Source of the DNA: Marsupella aquatica | Lineage: Eukaryota > Plantae > Marchantiophyta | Assembly (NCBI GenBank): GCA_973895155.1 | Contig: OZ316898.1 | Location: forward strand, 18,797,292 to 18,861,291 | Length of the DNA stretch: 64,000 nt | Direction: 5' to 3' | Position numbers and translations under genes: made by a program | Notes under the pieces: model-generated | Seen by the model: the letters and a program-made list of their open reading frames with translations, nothing else | Databases searched by the model: none | Told to the model about the DNA's origin: nothing | Shown: positions 12,601 through 26,000 of the stretch, in pieces | Position numbering within the stretch: position 1 is the first letter of the stretch | Layout: every line of letters begins with the position of its first letter

Positions 12601-14635
12601 GTACTCTAGATTCCATTGACCAAATTCTGAATGTAAACAGAACACTCTGGCTTTCAATTCTGGACGTTTCAAATTTAGTATGTATCAAAGAAAGCGAGGC
12701 TCTAGAGGGAAGTCAAGGCATATATGGCTCAGCATTACATTACTTGCCGAAGACTTGCTCAACCAAATCCTTCCAAGTATGTGGCTAGAAAAATCTCTCA
12801 GAAGGAGTGGTATGGCACAAGCAAATGTCGTTGACCTCCAGCTCATACGACATACGATGAGTGCAGCACGAAGAGAAGAAATTGCATAACAAAAGAGTTT
12901 ATGGAGCTTGGAGCGAGACCACATAAGTCGGAGCTTGATCGAATATACTGGGAGACTTGACCATCTGCGGATGGAGCCGGGACAACATTCATTTGAGAAA
13001 TCGTGCAGCAATTGAGAGTGTGGCGTGATTAGTGCTGAGTTGGGACTCAAGTACAGTAGTGTGTTAACCCCTTCCTACCCAACCTCCATTCAGGTGCGTT
13101 GAGAAACGAAACAGCCAAACTCTCCATCTTGACTTTTTTCTACGATTGGAACTTTGTTCGAGTAAATCGACCTCCTGGCATGCACCACCTTCTGACGGCT
13201 TCAACATTTAATGAATGGTTCGGACTTCCTCAGTTGTCAACTTCAAGTTTGTCTCGAATGTTATGATTGGCAGACATGTTTGGATATGGTAGAGGACGAG
13301 CAGGCAGTCGCCCCCCGTGATGCAATCAATTCCTTGTCTCCCTCCATCGTGCCTGTAATTTTCAGAAACACAGGATCTGGAGTGAGGGTCTACTCAATGA
13401 GAACCCTGGGGAGTTTTAGAGCACCTCATTCCAACTTAGTCGCGTACTCAATGGAGCGTCCTCGTCAGATACCGGGGAACCTGCTGCACTCAGCTGCTCC
13501 ATACGACATTTCAACAGATGTACTTGTCTGATCACACTTTCTCACTCCATTGTTTAAGGTTGCCAACTTGTCCCTGATATACATTGGAGTAATTGCATCT
13601 CAGACTCAAATAAGTCTAGAGCACCTTCCATGCTTCCGCAACATGTTATCCAAGCCATCAATCAACGTCCGCAATTATGCCTGCCTTGTTGTCACTGTGG
13701 ACCCAATCTGGTTTGGCTTGGGACATACCTGGCTCTATCATGGTACCATCCACAATGTTCACGAGCTTCTCATCTTTGAGAGCAAGTCTTTCGCTTCCAC
13801 ACTTGGAAGTATGTCCAATCAAATTCCAGAGTTTTCAGTTTTGTTCTCAATTGGAGTCGCCCAGATTCCAGGAATTCTCTTCACTGTTGAAAGAGAAGAA
13901 GTTTTATAATGGATCAAATCAATTTGAAACACACTGGTTCGATCAAAACTAATTTCGCCTCATTATTCAGCAGAACCATTTGTGCTCTGTGTCATCTCCT
14001 CTAGTTAATTCTCCCTTCTTTCAGGATCTCAAACGTCGAAACCCCAATGGTGGGTTTGGGCGTCCCCTCCCCACATTCGATCATCTGGGTGTCTGACTTG
14101 CAATGAGCCTTGAACCAACATCCAACTGTCATCTATTTCTGGCTCCGGTCCAGCACGAATCTCGTCCTAGCTCTAACCAGCTGGGTGGGCCCATCGAGCC
14201 CACAAATACTTCGAGAGGAATTGACTGCTGAAACGAAAGGCAATAGTAAGAAAACAATGCAAAGCAGACACATCAATGCTAGCAACCCAAACAGCCAACG
14301 ACTTCAGCGAGCAAAGCCATCTCAAAATGCGTCCTATAGACAGAAACACTTATGCCCACACCTTGCACTGTGTCGTGGAGGTTTTGCCCTTTGGAGCTGG
14401 CTGGCAGGAGATCGAAGACAGCAAGACGTGTTGGCTGAGTTGTAACCTGCCCTGCACTATATAGTTAGCTCCATCCTTTCAGCTTTATCAATTTCCCGAA
14501 ACATTTTGTTGCTCAACAGAGAAAACAGCGTTACGTTTGTCGCTCAGGGATAGGCAATAGTTTTCACGAAGAAAGATTACACGTAGTATACACGAAGAAA
14601 CAGTGAAGCGAAGGCAGGGAGAAGCAGAGTTCAAG

Positions 14636-15628
14636 ATGGTGAAGGTGGCATTACCCAATTTCTTCAGATGTCCTATTTCTCTTCAATTGATGAAGGATCC
14701 AGTGACATTGACAACAGGGCAGACCTACGATCGGAGCAGCATTGAGAAATGGTTCGCCGACGGGCATAACACCTGCCCATCCACAATGCAGGTGCTATCG
14801 AGCATGGACACTGCACCTAACCACACGTTGCAGAGGTTGATACAGCAGTGGTGCTCCTCCACTAATCACTCCTGTGGAGCAACCCCTTTGGAGGTAGTTC
14901 CTGTAGTGTCCTTTACAAATGAAGCCAAACGGCGACCGGTGATGGTATTGCTGAACGAAGTGGCTACAAGGGGAGTTAATTCATTGAACACTCTGAAGGA
15001 ATTGAGGTGTCTTGCCAAGGATTTGGATCAGGGGGCTCGAAACAGGGTAGTTCTAGCGGAGGCAGGCGCAATTCCGGTTCTGGCAAACTTTGTCTTCGCT
15101 CCTAACAGTTTGTGCAAGGATGTGAACGCATGTGAGGATGCACTGGGGATTCTCATACTCCTTCCTCTGCATGACATTAGAAAGCTTGTTCACATTGGCA
15201 CAAAGCAGCTCACTGCTATCTCCTGGTTGCTCAACCGAGGGAGCGTGGATGGGAGAGTAAATGCAGCCTTGCTGCTCGGCAGCCTCGCTCAAGAGGACAA
15301 CGAAATGAAGGCCTTGGTGGGGAGTACAGCCGGCGTCTTTGAGGGCCTCGTCCAGCTGCTCAAGGAAGACCTCTACGTCAAAGCCGTGGACGCTGGATTG
15401 ACGGCCACCCTCTCTGTCATATGTAACGGGCCAGATAGAAATATCACTAAAGCTGTGGAAGCTGGTGTCGTGTATCCAGTGATTGACCGGCTATTGGAAA
15501 CCGAGAGAAGAAGCCAATTGCAGACACTAACGAAATCAATGGAGCTGCTCTGCTCAAGTCCAGAGGGCAGGAAGGCAGTCGTAGATTATGCTCAGGTGGT
15601 GCCGGTGGTGGTCAAAGTTCTTCCTTAG
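14636..15628 (+). CDS. Plant U-box E3 ubiquitin ligase (U-box plus ARM-like region, CMPG1/PUB20-26-like), intronless, probably C-terminally truncated
   Basis: PNFFRCPISLQLMKDPVTLTTGQTYDRSSIEKWFADGHNTCPSTMQ...PNHTLQRLIQQWC is a canonical U-box, followed by helical ARM-like repeats. First ATG at 14636. Confidence 0.92.
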   Translation: MVKVALPNFFRCPISLQLMKDPVTLTTGQTYDRSSIEKWFADGHNTCPSTMQVLSSMDTAPNHTLQRLIQQWCSSTNHSCGATPLEVVPVVSFTNEAKRRPVMVLLNEVATRGVNSLNTLKELRCLAKDLDQGARNRVVLAEAGAIPVLANFVFAPNSLCKDVNACEDALGILILLPLHDIRKLVHIGTKQLTAISWLLNRGSVDGRVNAALLLGSLAQEDNEMKALVGSTAGVFEGLVQLLKEDLYVKAVDAGLTATLSVICNGPDRNITKAVEAGVVYPVIDRLLETERRSQLQTLTKSMELLCSSPEGRKAVVDYAQVVPVVVKVLP

Positions 15629-15899
15629 TGGTATACTGGTATTCCTCTTGTATCAGTGAGGGTACAATAGAGTCTGTGGACCATCTGCCGGCATTGCCCG
15701 AAGAAGTGCTTCAAATGATTTACAGCAGCTGGGCTCCAATAACTACGGGACAACTTGAATTGTTCTCCCAACTTCTAGGCACATCTTGAAACCCTCGTCT
15801 CCCAAAACTATCAAGTCACGGGTGCGTGTATAATCATCGACTTACATATCGAGCTTGTCACCTGATTCATCCATATTTTCCACTTGTGTAAAATCCACG

Positions 15900-18650
15900 G
15901 AAGAGTACCTGTACCTTACAAACAGTCGCCAACATAAAATGTGCCATGTGGGGCACAAGTTGTAACATAATAGTAACCTGATTGAACACGTGTCTGTGTA
16001 GTTAGGGCTTGCGGAAGATCTACGTGAGGATACCTGGACCTACTAGCCATGGCTACGAGGCAGCTCAACTTGTAATATCTTTTGGTCGAGGAAAAACTTT
16101 TCACGGGGACAATGAGATCCCTTCGTTCATGACATTGCTTTCCAAGATTCATGGTTTGGTGGTTGATTTTGTCAGGATACATGATTCAATTTTCACCTTG
16201 CGTAATGGAAACATCGAAATCCACAAATGAATTTAGTTCTGAACGGTGACCCTACATCAATTGTTGTGACGTTTTGAAGTATATTCAGTGTTTTGACTAC
16301 AGAATGACAACAAACGTTTTGCATTCATAAGAGAATCCAAGAGAGATTAGCACTCTATGGACGTTGATAACATGATTCGAGAATAGCTCGCGCCTGTGCT
16401 AAAAACCATTATCGAACTCATTTAAACTTGGGTAAAACTACATGCGATTAATATGAACACAGCGGCCAAGACGCTAGACAGAACAATCATTCTCAATATG
16501 ATGAAGATCGGTGCTGCGATCACTATCAGGATCACGAAACATCGCATCCATGGGTGGAACATGGAAATACGGTCAGGTACGTGATGGAGGGAATCATTAC
16601 AATTCCTTCGACCTGACACCGTGTCTTAGTTGTCATCGTGCAGTCGCCAAATGGTGAGGCATTCTGGCAACTCTGTTGCTGAGTATTCATGTCGGTTGTT
16701 GTGCAGGTATGGCTCCCGACCTCCCGTGCTCCGCGTTGGTCTTCTTCTTCTTCTTTGGGATGTCTGCTGGTTGAGGTCGTTCGTCTCCCTGTACTGTACT
16801 TCGTCTGTCGCTGGTGGTACCCTGTCCTCGGATGGGCAGTTGTTTGAGATTGCCTGATCCTGCTAGTACCTCCCAGCTGGACGGACTGTAGGTAGCCTGG
16901 TTCTCAGGCCCACCTCCGAATATTTTTGGTCCCACTTTTCTCTTCCCGGGGGTTCCTTGTGGACCTCCCAAGGTCACCGGGATCCTCCCCCCACCTAAGA
17001 ATTGAATGATGATGTCGATCAATGCAATCCGTGTACGAGATACTTGGCTTTTGGACGCAGAGTACAGATGATACCACGGAAGTCCATATTGATCAACCCG
17101 GGCTTTTGCTGCCCATTAATGAGGCAGGTTGATGGAGTCGGAGAAATGTTTGATGCAAGAACTGTTTGTTCGTATATAACCTCTTCGTCTGAGTTCCTGA
17201 AATCTGAGTTCAATAACTCAGCGTACCGCATTGAGCGTTCTTAAATCGATGTGCAATGCAGACTTTCACGTGATCTGTCGGAATGCACATTCAGGGAATC
17301 TGAGAGAGTAACTAGTTCCGTAACATCTGAGAGTACCCTACATGCATTTGATGTCAATTCGCTCCCGAGGTTGATCACGTTCGGGCTCATCAAAACCGTC
17401 TGTTTCTTGCTTCTCCTGCCAAAAATTAGCAGTGAAATGGCTTAAGCATTGTCGGCGAGCTACCTGGCTCTCTTATTCTGATTCGAGCTGGACGTTTGTA
17501 TGGTTGATGTGTGAAATCTGCTAATCAGCCGGCTTTGGCGTTCAGAGTTTAAGGTTTGGGTCAGGATTGGGTCTTTGGCACAAAGGCTTGCACTGAAGTC
17601 TATTGTTCCTTCAAACGTGTTGAGATGAAATTGTGAGGTAATGCTCAGATCCAGAATACCAAAGCATCGGTTCTAAGCAGGTCTTTTCCTTGCAGTCGCT
17701 GAGCGAAACGACACACCACGCACACCCTGATAGTAATTGACCACGGCAAACAGATGCTTGAACGTGCGCGAGGAAAATTCAGAAAGCTGTGGAGCAACGA
17801 CGAAAACGCGTTGAAGAATCCCAATGATTACTTGGCTCCGCAGCCGATTTCCGCAGTCGGTCGATTGTTGCTTTGGTTACCACAGGACGGTTTGGTAGGA
17901 GAATTGCGGAAGTTTGTCCGATGACCTCTTTCTTGAATGACGATCTCCCTAATTCGATTTTTGCATGCACTGGAGGTGGTGGCAGGTACGACATGGGATT
18001 TGTGCCATACCTGTCAACTGGAACAGTGCAGTTCATGTTAGGAGCTGCAGGTCCGGGAAACTTACCAAGTGATATCGTTCACACTGCCAGGATCGTTTGA
18101 ATCGAAACTCACAGGTCAACAATGTACTTTTTGAAGCTGATGTCCAATCTCTGTCTTAGAAATTCCAGCCTTCGAAGCAACGTCCCTGTGCACAATCCCC
18201 ACATCACCGTTCTTCTGCTCCTCGGAAGGCGTACACCCTGCTTTCACACCTGCAGCGCAATGACCTCAAGGGCCGACGTCACTTCTGATACATCGATACA
18301 TGGCTGTGACGCCAGTCACAAGGAGAACAGAGCCTGCAAGAACGGGTACAGTACTCTCGTCCTGGTAGCGTTGCTGTGCTGCCAAAGCATGTTCGGGATA
18401 AATCAATTGGAGGCTCTTCTTTATGCACAGCATTTACGAATATGACCAAGCTGGTATAGCAAGCACGTGCTTGTGAGTCCTGGCACAAGGTGCTCACGAG
18501 CCCAGATGCAAACTGAATTTGCAAGGTCATTCCACTCTTGCACTCGTATGAGACTTCACTCCACACTCGTATTGCATTCATCAAACCTTCTTCCTTGAAA
18601 CCTGCATCTCTCGTAACTCACACTTTTTGCTCATCGGAAGATATTCAGCT
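15900..18650 (-). mobile_element. Possible decayed CxC2-KDZ (Kyakuja-Dileera-Zisupton) transposase relic
   Basis: Stop-interrupted minus-strand translations in the expected order: ERCRF..DEC...IRVQEWND...YQLGHIRKCC (~18620-18425), then FLQALFSL*LAS...VSEVTSALE, then QSGYYYVTTCAPHGTFYVGDCL*G (~15985-15912). Motif recall only. Confidence 0.35.
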
Positions 18651-20092
18651 TGCACTCCTAGGTGTTAAATGTGTGTTAATTGATCGATCGGGACCACATT
18701 TGATGAGGGTGACTACTTCATTAACGCCCTGGTCATGCTTTGAGACAAAAAAACTCAATCATGGTAACTAACCCCATCTAGAGAACTAACCTGACATTTT
18801 CGGAGTGGAAGCCATACACAGATATCTTCTCTTTTAAGCTGCCATCTGCTTTGAAAATGGCAGGTTGATGCAGCAGAATTGTTTCAGTTAAATTAATTCG
18901 CATTCTGGTCAAACACTCACGGATTGTAGCTACTATTAGAGCTAAAAAGCTCCTAGGCTCTCATGACTACATCTAACATAAATGATGGGGATTGCAACCG
19001 TCCGTTCGGCATACTATATCGACTCACTACTACTAATACTTATCCTCCTATGTTTTGTGTGTGTTTTCCTATCAGAGGCGAAGCGGACGAGCATCAACAA
19101 CACTAATTATCCTCTTCTAGATAATTCTGTGTGTCTAAAGCCAATTCTCCCAATTCTGTGTGGCACAGCAAATGTCATGACACCATGAGGTCGTGGACGT
19201 TCCAAAATATCGAAAGTTTCCAAAGTTCGGGAGTTCCAAAACAACCGCAGCACAAGTAGCCGAAGTTCTTCAGAGCTGATACTGCATCCAAACGATCGAT
19301 GTGAATGTCAGTAAGTGTCAAATTACTGCGAGTTGCATAATTCTTCCGAACTGAAGACTTCTAATTCATTCTTGAGTGACGCCTTCCCACAAAAACTGTA
19401 GTCTGGGATTAACATGAAACGAGGTTATGAAATCTAATCAAGCAATGACATAATTTTGATTCTTTAGGACAGACACCTGCAAACATGTACCACAATCCCT
19501 ATCCTACAGATGGGACAAATTCCATGTTCCGTAAGTATCTTCTGGTACAGTAACTGTTCTCGTTCCAATAATTCCAGGCACCAAAATAAAGAACTTGCCT
19601 GCATTACACCATCAGTGGTTTGGATTGCAGCACCAAGAAGTAAAAGCTGTCATAGTGAATTGCGTCTGAAACCTCTCTGTTGGTCACCTTCAAAAGTGCC
19701 GAATGTGACTGCTGACACCAAAACCAGACTCGAATGTGCACGTCTCCAACGAGTCATCGTGCTAATTGCATATAATTCAACGGTCCTGGAGACCTGCAAA
19801 TTTTGCATACAAAGCTGATCAAGTACAAGGTTTCACGGCGAAGCAAGCCCTCAACCGACAGTATAATTGCCAGACTGGCAGCAATTCATCAATATGTGAC
19901 ATTCTCCACGTTTCCTTGCAGGATTTGAAACATACCTCGAATACAAAACCGTCAGCTTTGAGATAAAACTGAAAGAAGAGTTCAGCGACATGACAAAAGG
20001 TCGATTTCTCCCAACATCGAGTTGCTACTGTCCGCAAATTCAAAAAGACTCGCTTGCTGGGCTTCATCCTACAGAAGGACCATTGTGAGCTG

Positions 20093-23000
20093 TCACGGGG
20101 GTGGAGGGGACATAGGGTTATACGTATCATCTATCCAGGAGCCAGGATCAATATGTCGGACATTGTCCATCTGGTTATTATCAAGCAGGGTTGAGGGCCA
20201 CGGAATATCATCCACCATTGTGGTTGTTGATGCAGGGTCCGCAGCCGGAAAGATTTCACTGCTCCCACCAGCAATGTAAGGACTACGAGCTGTCCAGAGC
20301 GTTCCGCTGGGACCCACATTTTGTGATGGTGTTGCTGGAACTGCATTGACGGCATTTGTAGCAACCCTTGTGCGATTATTAACTTGACCAGCCTGCGCCA
20401 TCCCTGGTAGATTCGTACTTCTAAGACCAGAACTCATTCCAACAGTCGATCCTCCCCCAATGGCACCTCTCATTCGCGGAGTTCCAGCTGGTCTCCAGTT
20501 CGTGAGTTGTGGTGGTGGAACCCACCCTTCTACCCCGGGATAACTATTGCTGGTACCTGGGGCTTGAAAATTTGAAACAGAATTGGGGCGTCCAGAGTAA
20601 AGTGAATGAGACGACACCTCCCGCTGTGAACCCCCAGTAGAGGCTCCATGTCCTGAGAGAGAACCAACGGGAAATGGAGAACTTCTGGGGCTGGAAGTAG
20701 TTTGCGCAGCCTGCTGAAGCTGCTGGGTAAGACGGTGCATGTGATAGATCTCGTGTATCGAGTTTAAATTTTGTACAGGACTGTTTATCGGATATTGCAC
20801 TTGTTGACCCAGCTGATTTGCGCTCTGTTGCCCATGACCTGCTTGATGGGAACTTGCGACTGAGAATTGATGTGTCCGGGCATCCCGAAGCTGTTGCTGC
20901 GAAGGTCGTTGGCCATGTCTCAGATTGCGTTGGCTACCATCCTGAAAACAAATGCCCCAAATTCGACATTAGCGAACTGAAAGCACGATACGACAGACTT
21001 CTGCCCAAGTATAGCTGAGTAATTCGGGAAGCAAAAGTTAGTGGCAACAGGTTCAGAGGAGTAGGGATTATAGGCCTTCATTACTTCACAATTTTATCCT
21101 GGCCAGATACTTATCTTCCATTCTGTAGAGTCGGTACATCCAGTGCAAACAGAAGTTGAGTAGGCTATGTCGCAATTTACGGTAGACGGATAATTTCCCT
21201 GTTTAGCTTTTCTTGTTCATGTTTTCTTTGGTACGCACGAAGGGCCAAATATGATTCATTCAACAGAAATAATGGCTTCCGTGATGCAAAACAGAAGTAT
21301 AGTCTGTCTTGCAACCGAAAGGTAACCAAATCCGAAAGTGACCTGGAGAGGTGCGGACCAGAGTGGAGGCTATCCACTCATGGATCGGGCCATTAACAAC
21401 CTTCATACAAAACAAATAGAACTCAAAATATCATACCAGATTGAGCTGTATTCGTACTGCTGAGCTCTGGTTATAGGCCTGCTGCTGCTGCTGTAGCTGT
21501 TGCTGTAGCTGTTGCTGTTCCAGCTGTTGTTGTAACTGTTGCTGCTGTTGCTGTTGCTGTTGTTGTTGCAGCTGCTGTTGCTGTTGCTGGAGCTGATGTT
21601 GCTGCAGCTGCCGCAACTCTTGAATCGTTAGCATATCTAATGTATCTGAGTTCTGGAGCTGATGTTGGTGCGTCAGCTGGTGTTGTAATGCCTGGACTTC
21701 ATATGCAAGGGTTGTAGGTAAGATACTGGGCGTTTGGCCAGCACTGGGTACTTGTAGTGGAGGCATGGCTGGCAGGGTAGTCACTTGCCCTGTCAAGGTT
21801 ACTCTGCCTCGGTCATTTTGATTCGAATATTGGGTTTGTGCTGGTAAACCTTGAACTACAGCTGTCCTACTTGGCTGTGTCTGAACCTGTCTCTCCATGG
21901 TGACAGACCTGTCAGCAGGCTGACCAGCAGTAGGCCAAAACCCAGTAGGCGGTACCCATGATGACGGGTTTCGCACAGCACTCTGCGTCGTATTCATGTA
22001 TCCACCTTGAGAAGCCTGGACACTCCTGATGCTAGCTGCAACGGCAGCTCCTCCTTGAGGAATTTCGGAAATTGGGGAATATATAGCATTCAAAACAGGG
22101 CTTTCTGTACTAGAAATAGAAACAGGGGTGCGTATGGAAGCTGAGTCTCCTGCCTCGTTCACGAAAATTGTCCTGATATTTGGTTTCCTATCTACATCAA
22201 CGCTGGTAGTGCTAACAGTCACTGGGGCTACATATGAGGCTCTTGGAGATACCAGTGTTCCTACTTGCTGCTCATCCTCTTCATCGTCACTTATGATGAT
22301 CACACTTTCTTCTAATTTCTCTGCAAGATCGTCGCCCAAGGTTTGGCCCGCGCTTTGTATGCGACCAACATCAGTCTCATCTGGTTGTACATCTGGTGCG
22401 CACGAACCGTCCTGATTTATCATGACATCAAATAGGTTCTGGTCCACTTCTTTCAAGATCTGAAAATCCAAAATAGAAGTTTTTACTCTCAGTTTTAAAG
22501 AAGTCAAGAACTGTCTTTGACTTTTGAGCTCCACATAACAATGACTTTCGGAATATAGCGAGAACATACGTATCGACAAATACTTGATTGCACTGCAATT
22601 TCAAACCAAAATACCTGGCTATGCATTTTAAAATCCTACACGCAATCTCAAAGTACTCCAAAATTCGAATATCTACCTGTTCCATTTGTCGATCAAGCCG
22701 TAACTCTGAACAATTCACATATGCGTTGCAGCAAGGGCAGCGCCAGGAAGGTCTTCTGTCATTTATTTCGATATAGCTATCATAATCAAAGGCCTAACAG
22801 AACACCAGTTTCAGATTTTAATTGAGCAAGAAGAAAACAGACATTGTGCTTACAGACATGTTTAGTAAGAAAGGCAGTAACCCAAATCAACAGGTGATCA
22901 AACGTAGCATGTCATTGCCGAAAGTTATGTTAAGCCCATGAAGTGCAGGAAACAACACAGGGAGCTATTACAAGATCAAGAGACTGCTTGCGGCATTCAT

Positions 23001-26000
23001 GGAGATGAGGGCAACTGGCTGAAATTACCTGATGGTGTCTGCAGGACACACCTTTCACAGGAGTTGAGATACGCTTAAGACTGGCATAAAACAAGTCCAA
23101 ACCATGTTAGCCCAACACGACGATCGTACGTCATTTCTTCAGCATGCAGACAACCGAGATATACCAACAGATTTTCTTTGAACGAAAGAGATTCATGCAC
23201 TCGATACGTTCTACTGGTCCCTACCTTATAGGGCAACGTAGAGAAATCCTTGAACGCCCCACAATGACTTCGTCATCTGCAACAACTCGGTCAGTCATGC
23301 ATCAGTCAAATCATCAGTTGCTTTAGTGAACACATATTTCAAACCAGATCCACATAATGAGCGAAAAAACGAACTGGTGTCGCAAGTGCAGGCGCAGCAC
23401 CTAGCAAGATCACAGAGTCTCCTGCAAACCAAAGCATGAATTGTTTTCCTAGCAAGGAGCACTATGGTAAGGAAAGTTGAGAAGGTACTGCAGCAGATAG
23501 ATTTACCAGTTTCAGCAGCTTGCGAAGGACTAACATAGTCTTCAAGCCGTACTGATGATGAAGACCATATAGCGGAACCCATGATTGCTACGGCTACAAA
23601 GTAATTGGCTGAAACAGACGCACGTCAGCCCCTGGTAACGATGAGACCAAAAGTCTGTCTTGATTGAAAGCCCGCAGAAAAGACCTTGACGAAAATTAGC
23701 AACGACGATACAATAGGATGAAATACTCCTGAGAAAATGCTAAGCCATCGCACTCTGACATAAATATAAGCATGAACAGAAGATACCCGGGTCAAATGAC
23801 ATGCACGCAATTTGAAGAAAATATCCCACCTGTGTTTTCACCAATGATTTGGAGAAGATTGCATCCTATCCTTAGCAACGATGTTATATCGGATGGCCAT
23901 TGTGGCCCAGACTCCTGCCCACACCAAAATACCAATAGCAAAACTTCTTATCATCTAGTGAAGTGCACAAAGAAACTCTTGTCATGTCCTGCAGTTCACC
24001 AACTTGCAAAATCCAAATTTACAGACATGGGTTGTCTAGGTAAGAGCAGATAACGTTACGGAAAACGCAGCTCTGCTGAATCAGAGAAACCATGACTATC
24101 AACAGAAGCTTACCCTTCGCTTACAAACACAAAGTTATAAGTTACATTCCCGAAACCAACGTTCTCTGCCCATTTCAAGTTAAAAAACAAAGGCGAAGCC
24201 ATTTATGAGCGAAGAACACAACTCACCAGAGGAGGGACATATACTCTCTTTTCAACACCTTTGCCATTCACCAGGAAGCTGCGCCAGAAATGTACAAGGT
24301 TAAACCGTTAAACTCAAACGCATAATCCCAGGTCCAGAAATTGAATCTCCACACTGGAACCTTACTTTTAAGACTTTCGATCACTGACTCGGGAATCTGC
24401 ATCTATATCTTCAAAGGGCACTCAATATGCTATAACCCCTCGGATCAGGAATGCCACTAGTTAAGTAATCCCTGGCCTGTACCTGAGAAGGGGAGGGGTA
24501 ACCAGGCACGCTGAAGTCCCAGTATCATCTTTCTGACAAACGAAAAGCCTCTGTAAAGAAAAACACAACTTTTTCAGCAAGCCATGACCTCACAAAAGAA
24601 ACGCATGAAGTAAACACAGCTGGCATCGGTCAAACTATCTCGGATAAATATGATACATCATCTCGTTATCCTGCCCTGGGCGCAGAAGCCTTCAACCACT
24701 TTTCTGTTTTTTCAGCGGAGTGTGGTGACTAGGAGGCAGGTGCAATGATATTCTAGAATATAAATATCACCAAATCTGAGGATATCAAACCATAATAATA
24801 AATTGCAATGGGCCCTTACACTCAGAAATTTGTTCAGGTCTTGATTCTCAAGAACTTCACTAACGTACTCTTCTCTCTCTACCAAACCTTTCACGCTTCT
24901 TCGTTTTTCTTTTGCGCTATTTGTTTTTTTGTGGGGGGACGAAAGCCCCATCAATAACAGGCGCGGTGACGAAAGCCACCCAAGCGGAAGGAACAGACGG
25001 GACACAGCGCCCGGGGAACCCGGACAAGCCTCCGCGAAGGACACACGCAACTAGACGGGTCGTGGGACCCTGAAATGCCACCGCAAGGTGGCTCCCTGAA
25101 ATCTCAGAAGTTTCACTCTTATTCGTTTACACAGGTCCCAGGTAGAACGATTACCTTCAGCACAGAGTGTAAAAGTGATTTCCCGAAAAGTAAAGATAAC
25201 AAAATACAGTACAATCAGCAGAGTTCCCTTTACTTGAAAGCTGATCTAGTCTAGGCTTTGAAACCGGATCCACAACTCCCAACCCACAAGCTACTATTTT
25301 AAATGCACGAGAGCACAACGATTCGCTCACCAGCTTAGTGTACATGGCCAGCTGCGAAGTGACCTGGAAATCAATCCCAAGGGAATCATAGCCTGGCTGT
25401 ACAAAAGAGTCAAATTCGAGGTCCAACGTCAGAGTAAAATTGTGCTATCATTGAAGCGAAGAGCACGCCTCAGGACTGCCTGGACTTTTACTAATGCAAG
25501 CACTTTCAACTTAAGATATCCAAATGCATGCACGCGTACATAAATTGATTTACATTCCAGCAATAGACACGAAGAAAATCACCAACATCTCTTTCTCTTG
25601 TAAGCTTGCAATTTTAAACCCTGATTCAAAAGAAAGCCCATACATAAGACATGCACATCCAATATCTTTTACTCCCGCTTTTACTCTCGGGGTGACTACT
25701 TTAATTTCGCGATTAACCAAACAGGAATTAACAAACACACCTTAGCCGTGAGAGCTACAAGGACCGACGCTACCACCAACCTTGGGAAGTACCTGCCAAT
25801 ATAAGATAAACCATACTTAGAAGGTCAGTCATTTAGGACACAAGAAAATAGCAGTTTTATCTCTAATTATTGAATGGGAATGATCTAAACAGAAAAATCT
25901 GACCAAAACAAAACCCAAGACGCCTTCACTACCTCATAACAGATCAAGGATCAAAAACGAAAGTCCTGGATTTGAAATACCTTCTACAAATCATTGCCAT

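Noticed and set aside
12680-14200. Coding-like composition with stop-interrupted frames
   Set aside because: Probably a pseudogene or TE relic, but I recognise no family motif.
24907-25110. Hammerhead ribozyme, group II intron fragment, H/ACA snoRNA or TPP riboswitch
   Set aside because: No CUGAnGA core, domain V, H box or ordered TPP motifs; G-U pairing and the TSD favour a minus-strand retroposed insert.
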